DNA of 61,691 nucleotides, the filler included, from Perkinsus chesapeaki ATCC PRA-425 (taxonomy: Eukaryota > Protista > Perkinsozoa), in NCBI GenBank assembly GCA_013115145.1. It is 9 parts of 9 records of this genome, joined end to end, with 100 filler letters (N's around TTAATTAATTAA, not from the genome) between each part and the next. Parts side by side here need not be neighbours in the genome. Positions count along the whole stretch, not along the records: positions 42,969 to 56,863 come from JAAPAO010000773.1; positions 56,964 to 61,691 come from JAAPAO010001235.1; 7 more parts are not named here. One strand, written 5' to 3'. The translations under genes were made by a program, and so were the position numbers. Each line of letters opens with the position of its first letter. Within the stretch, counting starts at the first letter, position 1. Shown here piece after piece: positions 50,650 through 59,082 of this stretch. Under the pieces are notes generated by a model, which saw only the letters and a list, made by a program, of their open reading frames with translations, ran no database searches and was not told where the DNA came from.

Positions 50650-52169
50650 GAAAGGAAGCTGTCGATCATAAAGTTATCCGCACACCTACAGCGATCGAAT
50701 CTCCTCCACGACAGGCAAAAGCACGTCGTCCAAATCTGAATGAAAATTTCTCGAGAGGCGATTTGCGAGTTGCACCTTTTCCAAAGCTTCCTGTCCCCCC
50801 TCTAATCATTCCCTCAGCCACCGCGAAAATTTCCTTCAAGGCATTCTCAGCTTCGCGCTCGTACTCCTCGAAAGTAAGACCGAATTCGCTTGCGCCCGAA
50901 GACGAAGACGGTGTGGAATGGTAGCCACGGACTGGGCTACTGGCCCGCGACGATCGTGGTGATCCCGGGGATGTTTGAACCATTTCAGCAACGATGAGTC
51001 TATCACAAAAGTTATATGTAACTTTAAGAACCCAACTGTAGTGGTCGATATGGAAAATCGTGTACTTGCATTAAACAAGGTTTTAGTAACGCGCGCTTGA
51101 GACATAGGGTGTCCCAAACTGGAGGGAGGACGGCACCTATGCTGGGCGACTCGGAGAATCTCCAATAGACTGCCTCGATGCCGCTTGATCACCCTCATCT
51201 GAAACAGAAACCGTCACGAACAAACGCGAAACACAACAACGGGTTCGGTGAACCGAACTTATGAATTGCAAGGACAATCGAATGGCCTAACTCATCAATG
51301 TAACGGCTCCATGTGCGGCCCCACTCGACTGCATCACACCTCCGAACAAACACAGCACGGTAATGCCGTTTACCATCGGGTTGATCATGTCGATGATCTC
51401 TGCCGGATGAGGAAGTACGGATGAGCCTTCCTTCCCCCACGACCGAAACTTCTTCTCGAGTGTGTTGCTCTGAAGGTGATTGCATCCCACAATTTGTCAG
51501 ATATATCTCCACACAATCCATTTCCTTCTCATTTCATCACACAAACGGTGAAAATGAAGTTAGGCTCTTCATTAGAATGAGCACTGGACTAACACGCAGA
51601 GGAACACCGACGGTGGTACTATATCTGCTTTCTTCTGTCAGACACTGATATTTGCCTGCCTCGGAAAACTAACTTCAGCGACAAAAGGTGAATACATCCG
51701 TCGGCACTTCGTTCAGAATTCCTCCGAAGTTTCTACTCTCGCCCACACACACAAGAGACCTACACTCCGACACTCGCCTACAGAGGAGCTCAATGCTACG
51801 AGAGCCTCTTGTAGGATAGACTATTCGAAGTACATGAACATAGCTAACCTGTCTCCGAAGTTTCAAGAGCACCCTCATGCTGATCATGACCATCAAATTC
51901 CTCCAAGCCTTGCCGTATCTTAGCTCTTTCCTTCGGCCTGCAACTAGGCTATGACCAAGAAGCTCATTTAGCACCTACCTGATGAAGTGACATACTGTAA
52001 GCTCATCCGCCTCGTTATACATCATCGTCACAGCATTGGCCACTCTGTGGACGAAGAACATTATATTAACCAAAGACACGCTGTAACATCTCAGTAGCGT
52101 CATATCACAGCAGAATGGTGGCCGCCCGACATAGCTCTTCCCAGCTATCATGCTCCCCCGCCGTCTCAC
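50650..52169 (-). CDS. Hypothetical multi-exon gene with hydrophobic segments, boundaries approximate
   Basis: Exon-like pieces EIIDMINPMVNGITVLCLFGGVMQ, VAEMVQTSPGSPRSSRASSP...EEYEREAENALKEIF. Confidence 0.4.
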
Positions 52170-52806
52170 AAGCTATACCCCACTCAGTGCCTACTGAGTA
52201 CTGCGAGTCCCTCCCTCCTGATTGGTTGATTCAGTGACCAAGCCACTGAAGGCCCTTTGAGAAGTTACCGGATATTCAAGGTGTTCCTACCAGCGGGAGT
52301 ATAAGATTTTCCGACATCGTTCCTGCCCGTTTCACTCATCTATTCCCTCGCGGCATGAATACGCTTGTCGGCCACTTGCGCGCCCATTCTTCAGGTGCCG
52401 TCTCCCACCTTGCTCACCTTGCAGTCTCCCAGCAGTACCCGTCTCCTCTTCCAGCAAGTTCCGTGCTCGTCTCCCTATCTCCGAGGGCACTTTCCTACAT
52501 TCCTCTCCCACGCATTGATGACATCTTGAACGCGCCCTAACTATTCGTTAACTATTTGCGTTTTCGGATACGAAATCAACGAAGCTCTTATAGGCCTTGA
52601 TAAGTTGAACCGCTACTGCAGTATTCTCCAGGGTAAAACGATATTTTGAATTCCTTTGAGGTTTACTGTATTATAGTTTACATTTGAAGTGGTCGAAACA
52701 TTCTCCATAAAACCCAAGTGTGTTTGCGTAAGTGACGGCCCACATTTCTTCTCAGGGGTCTTGGAGTTTCCAATCATCGCTCAGTTGTTGTGCGTTTCCT
52801 ACTGTA

Positions 52807-53603
52807 ATGGTCGCCCTTCACAGAATGCTCCTTATCTATTCATCAACTTTGGGTATGGCAATTGCCTCGCAAGGCATTAAAAGACCAGGCGGCCTTGACA
52901 ATGACCACGCGGCCAAACTCGCCAAATTCGCGCGCACAGCTTTTTCATCATGGAGGGGCGATCGTGCAAACAGTGTGGAAATGGTATCCGACGACTCGGA
53001 ACATTCAGATGATGAGATGGCTGGTAGTGGCTCCGAAGCCGAGCAGAATGTGAGTGACTCTCTCTGCGTGACACCGATGTCTCCATTTCAGGAGCCCCTA
53101 GAACTGGAAGTGTACTCTGAAGGCGCCGAGGGTCTTTGCGCACTTCGTCATGGTGAATTCTTCTGGAACTTCTGGGTCGGAAATAACCAAGTGGCAACCA
53201 GCTACATACACTGCGTTCAATTGAACTCGCCTCAGCGGCTTGGATTGGCCTTGTAAGTAATGTCGCCTCCTACCAAGTGCCCCACCAAAACGCATCGATT
53301 CATGGCACTCATTTCAGCTATAAAGATAACCACACAATGCCTTACGTGAAGGATGGTTCAGCAGCCTACATAAGAGACCCACTTGCAGTCCTGCCGATAT
53401 CGGTATCATCACCACACACCCCCGAGGAATCTTGCCGTAACGCCGCCGATGCTGTCAAAAGCTTCCTCGTCAATCGAGATAAATTGAGGCCTGACACTCC
53501 TATTGATACGATGCTTTGTTCGCTGTATAAGAAGGATGTATACGAGAAGATGTATCCATCGAGCGAGGCCTTACCCCACAAGTTTTCAAGTCTGCGGGTG
53601 TGA
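52807..53603 (+). CDS. Hypothetical secreted-type protein, 2 exons
   Basis: MVALHRMLLIYSSTLGMAIASQG, acidic linker, gtaag donor near 53253, second exon ending FSSLRV*. Confidence 0.65.
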
Positions 53604-54286
53604 AGCTCAACTACCCATGGCAATGATCTTGTTGTTGATGTGAGACCTTCCGCGTTACCAGTTCGGTATAATACAGCACCTCCAAACTAACTTAGAACAT
53701 CACGTTTTTGTGACCATTCTCTGCCAGATTTGCGACTCTGCGCCCCAAACTCAGAGAGCCTCGTTCTAATATGGGTTCCAAAATACCACCGAAGTTTCAG
53801 CGTCTAACACCTACTGGTTATATATAGACATATAGCACATATGGACATATAGCCTCAGAGGCTATATGTCTCCTGAATGCACTCGCCTACATGTAACTCA
53901 ACAGAAGAAGAGGAGAAGCTGATGTGACATCGGCCCTACGAAATTGACGAAGAATCATATTCAACAAAGCAGGAGTTATTCGCGCGGAATGGAGCAAATA
54001 CGAGGCGCGTCAATCGTCAAATCGAATACGAAATACGTCACAATTGCCTCTAAGTTGCAAGTATTCGGAGGGTGGGGCTCAGTCGTTTGGCTGACGATCA
54101 ACCAAGTATAACACATAAAATGTCAAGACTAATGATAAGCCTCATTGAAGGCTTCGTTCATAGCAATCTGTTCTAGAACGGGGTTGTGATGCAGCACCCC
54201 ACAACAAAGCATTTACATTCTCATATGAGCCTCTTCGGGCCTGGGATTGATGTGACCGTAGAGAGTATCAGGCATTCGTTGGCTGA

Positions 54287-55117
54287 TTAGGGCTTCACAT
54301 TCAATATAACGTCGACAAATGGGTAGGATGCGTAAGCCGGCCTGAAGTCCAAAAGCTGCGCGGAAGAGCTTACACCAGCGAATGTATGCCAAGCAAAGAG
54401 GTTATTAGCAACTGTACTAAAGCTCGCACCAAAGTTGAGGTTACCAGCATAAAGACCCTCTTTCTTCATTTGGCTCCCGACGGAGGCGTTCATTCCCAAA
54501 CCGAAGTCACCTCCGGAGTAATAATATCCCGTCACTGTGTACTTATCATTTAATAGATCGCGACCGAAGCCACGAAGTATCACATTTGTCGAAATGTTTG
54601 ATAGTATGGTGAACTGCTTAGTTACCGGATTATATTTCCCTGTGCCACCGCCTGACATACAGGCATGAACAATAGCACGTAGGCTACCATAGGACAACGT
54701 CTGATCGACCAAGTCAGCACAGCCACTGGCACGGCTGCTCAAAGCGGCTGCACTACCATCCTTGAACCAAGCGGTGATTCCGAGAAGAACAGTTTTAGTG
54801 TTGTCGTTCGCATCGTAAATGTACAAGTCGAGGTCGATGCTAACAGAACCACTGGTGGTGTAGGTGCCGACTACACAATACTGCTCCAGGAACCTCCTTC
54901 GAGTTGGTGAACAACCCACCGGGTAAGTGAAGGATGTCGCATTCCCCGAGGACGACTGGAGTCTGCGGTTATGCTTCATTGTGATGTCGACCACTTTCGT
55001 GTGCTCTGTGATCGTGAACAATGATTTATACTTGCCAATGTCGAAAGGCTCATCAACCATACCCGCGGAGATAACCGTGAAGCAGATGGGGAAGAGAAAC
55101 ACCATGACGAACATCAT
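54287..55117 (-). CDS. Intronless secreted beta-rich protein, paralog 2
   Basis: MMFVMVFLFPICFTVISA signal-peptide-like start; shares GCADL.DQTLSYGS, ACMSGGG.GKY.P and FAWH.FAG with paralog 1. Confidence 0.87.
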   Translation of the reverse strand: MMFVMVFLFPICFTVISAGMVDEPFDIGKYKSLFTITEHTKVVDITMKHNRRLQSSSGNATSFTYPVGCSPTRRRFLEQYCVVGTYTTSGSVSIDLDLYIYDANDNTKTVLLGITAWFKDGSAAALSSRASGCADLVDQTLSYGSLRAIVHACMSGGGTGKYNPVTKQFTILSNISTNVILRGFGRDLLNDKYTVTGYYYSGGDFGLGMNASVGSQMKKEGLYAGNLNFGASFSTVANNLFAWHTFAGVSSSAQLLDFRPAYASYPFVDVILNVKP

Positions 55118-56731
55118 GGCGAATGATGTTGGACTGAGCTTACAAAGGTTAAGAGAAGCTCCCTAGGCTTCCTACACTGGAATAAGCCAAGCCTTGGCTG
55201 CCAAGGCATACGAGACTAGTCAAGACTAACTCCTGAGAGTCTCTCAGGAGAGCTACGTCAGTGAACATCCCTGAGAGCTCAGCAGGACTCACTATATACT
55301 GAGGCAATGGGTCAATACAAACTGGAGGAGGTTTGTAAATGCTCAAAATCAGTACAATTTATTGTGCTACCATGTTGCGCATGCGTGCACATGTTGCACC
55401 GCGAAGGCGTAGAACTGTCTACATCTTACGTTTGATGGATGTGAACCATCTGAGATTAACATTCACATAGACCATAAATCAATCATTGCTTACAAATCTT
55501 TATACGAACAGTTATTGTCCTAACAGCAATCTTATTCAGAGTTTATAACGACAGTATCCAACAAACTCGCGAAAGTTTGTGCCATCGCTTTCCAGAGGAG
55601 CGTTGACGCGACGCGCCCTGTGGGGCGAGGTTTCCGAAGTTGTTGCTTGCTCTTCGTTCACAAGGACAAATGCAAGGTGAGAAGGGTGTCAACAGATGCT
55701 TCTTATAACTCACGTTTCGCTCGCAAGAGAATTAGGTGTGTACGCATGTACAGTGGAGCGGGGGCGCATAACGACTTGTTGTTATTCGATGACAAAAACT
55801 GACAACCTTACCTTTCGAGTGGACCCACGTTGTGGCCTCGGCAAGGGTTATTTGATCGTCTTACCACTTGTGTAGGGCTGCTGACGCCAAGGGAAACATC
55901 TTTAAAAGAGATGATTCTCTGCGAAGGCCTCGCAGGGGAGCTAGGGCAAATACCTGACAAGCCTTTGACTCTGCGAAGTTCATAGTTCACATGGGTAGCC
56001 AAACCTGAGCGGCTCAGGCTCAGGCTGAGCCCCCAGCCCAACTCATTTCATGTCCAGCCTGGACAGTCCAGGTTTAGAGACCATGGATCAGTACGCCGCG
56101 TACTGTTACAGTACTACTGTACGCGTTGAACTCAACGCAGACTGAGAAATACTGGAAGACATAAATAATGAAGTCGCCTATGCACAGGAGAATGGGAAAT
56201 GGGAAACAGTTAACCCGAAGCCCGGACACGGTCCAGAGGTTGAACTGTTCCCGAGTTTGGGGCTACCCAAGCCCAGGATTAGGAATATTTTGACACATTC
56301 GCAATAATCAGGAAGTAAGCGAACAATAGAGAATCGCCATTAGCTATTAGCTATATACTCCCAGGTCAAGAGAGCAGGGCTCGTGGCAAGAGCCTCTTGC
56401 TATCTAGCGAATTCCAAACATTCCTAACTCTTGGGTAAAGTAGGTTCAAACTCCTCTAGGAGGAGTCCTCCTCCTCCTAATGAGTTTCGCGAGTGTAGCG
56501 GCTGTGAAATCCCATAAGAGTTTTGGGAGTTGCGCACACGGACTATTGATAACACAAAATCTGTACAAGTGGAGACAAGAATTGTGTAACGCTGAAGCGC
56601 TCAAACTTAGCTTATACTAACACACCTGGAGTGTTTGATAAAATTACCGATGGGTACGGCTCGTAACCGAGCTGAGCCTTAGGAAATTAGTCACAAATGG
56701 AGACATAGGTATCATATGATATGATTCATAT

Positions 56732-56804
56732 CAGTGGCGTAGCTGGGGGGGCGCGGGGGGGGGGTGGGGGGGCCCGGGGGGGGGGGGGGGCCCCCCCGGG
56801 GGCC

Positions 56805-56842
<38 letters not shown>

Positions 56843-56863
56843 GGGGGGGGGTGTTTGGGCGTG
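56732..56863 (+). mobile_element. Possible DNA-transposon/MITE terminus (CAGTGGCGTAGCT + G-rich), truncated by the contig end
   Basis: CAGTGGCG followed by G/C runs resembles termini of hAT-type non-autonomous elements; the poly-G part is probably low-quality sequence. Confidence 0.4.
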
Positions 56864-56963
56864 NNNNNNNNNNNNNNNNNNNNNNNNNNNNNNNNNNNNN
56901 NNNNNNNTTAATTAATTAANNNNNNNNNNNNNNNNNNNNNNNNNNNNNNNNNNNNNNNNNNNN
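56864..56963. other. Artificial contig linker
   Basis: 44N-TTAATTAATTAA-44N. Confidence 0.98.
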
Positions 56964-57018
56964 AATACATAGCTACTCACGCGCGCTCGCCAGTCACCGC
57001 GCTACGATAGAGCCCTCA

Positions 57019-59082
57019 TCACATCTTCCTGCAACAAACGTTGATGCGCCTTTTCAGCTGGCCAACCCTTCCTTCCGCGGTTCCATTACTCTGTGGGCTC
57101 CAGGCCGGCGTCGTCAAGTAAGAGACCCCACACTCGAGCAGGTGCTTGCGGAAAACGGACGAGTCGACGGCATTGTCGGAAACAACCGTTAGCGGTAGAC
57201 CGAACAGGGATATCCACCGATCCCACAGAGCCATTATAGTGTGCTCCCCAGAAGTAGATGCCACCGGCACTGCCACACAGAATCCAGTAGCCAAGTCGGT
57301 AACCACCAGGAAGGCTTTGTGGCTCGGATCCCTAGCGCTCATCCAGTCCGGGTCAGGGAAGGCGTGATCAATACAGACATGTTTGAGCCTCTGGTCGGGA
57401 TCCACTAAGCCTCTCGGAACCCTGGGGGCGGTTAGACTTGCCAGCCGGCCCGCACGACGGTTCTCCATACAGACATCACACCTCTGGATCCACTCCTTAC
57501 GGTCACGCCCGATACCGGGCCACCACACGGACCTGTCCATGGCTCCCTTCATAGACGGGGTACCCTGGTGCACCGCAAGTTCATGGAAGGTGAAGAGAAA
57601 CCATGTACGCAGATCCCAGTCCGCGTCGCAATTGATGGACACCACTTCCCCGAAGGCGTCGAGTTTTCCCTGGGGAACCGCGGGAACCGCTACGCCACCG
57701 TTCTCATCCACGTCACCGAACACGCATACACATCCACCCACTAGAGCGACCAGTCCCAGTTTGTACGCCTCCGCAGCCGGACCAGCTAGAACCCCGTCTG
57801 GCCGTTGAGCCTTCAGGGCTGACACCCACTTTGCCAAGGGGAGTCCATGTAAGATAGTCGAGGAATCAACTCCTTGTAGCTCCAGGAGCCGTTGCCGTAC
57901 CTCTTCGTTCTCGAGAAACGTCTGGGGGCTGAACTGGCTGGATCCATCTCCCCTGGGTTCATTCCGCGGGTCAAAGGCCGAACCTCGGGTCACCCAAAGG
58001 ACCACAGGTGAATCACGTCCTTCAGGAAGGTACTTCCTGCCTCCGTCCAGCAAGCGACTCAGCGCGTCAGCGAAACCATTCTGCTTGCCACCCACGTGCT
58101 TGAACGTGATGTCCGCGTCACCGAACTCGTACAACCATGTCAGCCAGGTGAGCCACCGCTTACTCTGTCTCGCGTCCGGCGCGAAGCGTGTCACCTCGAA
58201 CCGGCCTATTAGTTTGCCGAGCGAGGAGGTACTATCGGTCAACAGGAGAATCCTGCCGACGTTTCCACTCCCCTTGTAGACAACCTTGTCGTCGGAGTCG
58301 GTGTAGTCATCCAAAAGCCGGGCGTATGTGGTGGTCGAGAGGATCAGCTGTCGCCACTCCTTGAGACCGTGGCATGCCGCATAGAGCTCCTTGTCAGCGA
58401 TGTCGTACCTTCGCTCGTGACGGCTCCACTTGTGAGTCCACACCGCGATGAGGCGACCATTATCGGATACCCAATCCGCTCCCAACTGGACACCTTCCTC
58501 CATGGCAGCGAGTAAGGTGCTCCTTTGCAGCCGAAAGAGTACCGCGGCCCCAGCGTGCGGTGACGCATCAACCATGAGCAAGAACTGAAGGTCCCGAAAC
58601 TCGTCTTCTGGCCTGTGGAAGTGCATCACCCCGCTTCCCATAGAATCGAGGAGCTCCTTCCAGGAGCGGGCGTGCTCGGCCGTCCAATTGATCTTGTAGT
58701 TACCTCTCGCGCCCTTCGCCACGCACTCACCAATGAGATCAGTAAAAGGGGCCAGCCGATGACTTAGAGTGTTAGCTGCCTGTTGCCCGCCTAGCTCCGG
58801 GTTCCACAGGGACTTGCAAAACTGTAGGACCCCAATCTTAGACCTCAGGCCTCTCAGAGTCGTGGGCGGAGAACCAAGTGCCTCTCGGGCGGCCGATACA
58901 CTCTTCGGTGAGACGGAGTAGACGCCCTGCCGTAGCTGGAACCCTAGGAAGTCTATCTCCTTGGAAGGGCCCTTACGTTTTCTCTCCGGGGCCTGAGCAC
59001 CAACGAGTTCCAGTGCGAAGGTTATCCGGTCCATCATCTCCTTCACCTCCTCGGGAGTGCGGGCCGCACTGTGCGGCCCCAA
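57019..59082 (-). CDS. Gypsy RT C-terminus + RNase H + integrase (downstream frame after the insertion)
   Basis: RTPEEVKE...IDFLGF, VDASPH, KELYAACHGL, GKQNGFADALSR, SNGTAEGRVGQLK. Confidence 0.9.
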   Translation of the reverse strand: MGPHSAARTPEEVKEMMDRITFALELVGAQAPERKRKGPSKEIDFLGFQLRQGVYSVSPKSVSAAREALGSPPTTLRGLRSKIGVLQFCKSLWNPELGGQQAANTLSHRLAPFTDLIGECVAKGARGNYKINWTAEHARSWKELLDSMGSGVMHFHRPEDEFRDLQFLLMVDASPHAGAAVLFRLQRSTLLAAMEEGVQLGADWVSDNGRLIAVWTHKWSRHERRYDIADKELYAACHGLKEWRQLILSTTTYARLLDDYTDSDDKVVYKGSGNVGRILLLTDSTSSLGKLIGRFEVTRFAPDARQSKRWLTWLTWLYEFGDADITFKHVGGKQNGFADALSRLLDGGRKYLPEGRDSPVVLWVTRGSAFDPRNEPRGDGSSQFSPQTFLENEEVRQRLLELQGVDSSTILHGLPLAKWVSALKAQRPDGVLAGPAAEAYKLGLVALVGGCVCVFGDVDENGGVAVPAVPQGKLDAFGEVVSINCDADWDLRTWFLFTFHELAVHQGTPSMKGAMDRSVWWPGIGRDRKEWIQRCDVCMENRRAGRLASLTAPRVPRGLVDPDQRLKHVCIDHAFPDPDWMSARDPSHKAFLVVTDLATGFCVAVPVASTSGEHTIMALWDRWISLFGLPLTVVSDNAVDSSVFRKHLLECGVSYLTTPAWSPQSNGTAEGRVGQLKRRINVCCRKM

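Noticed and set aside
56745-56863. Poly-G as a G-quadruplex element
   Set aside because: Lies at a contig end with homopolymer-like quality; probably unreliable base calls.
59043-59082. Programmed ribosomal frameshift with a stimulatory hairpin in the Gypsy pol
   Set aside because: It falls inside the RT domain, lacks a slippery heptamer, and is fully explained by a 14-nt insertion.
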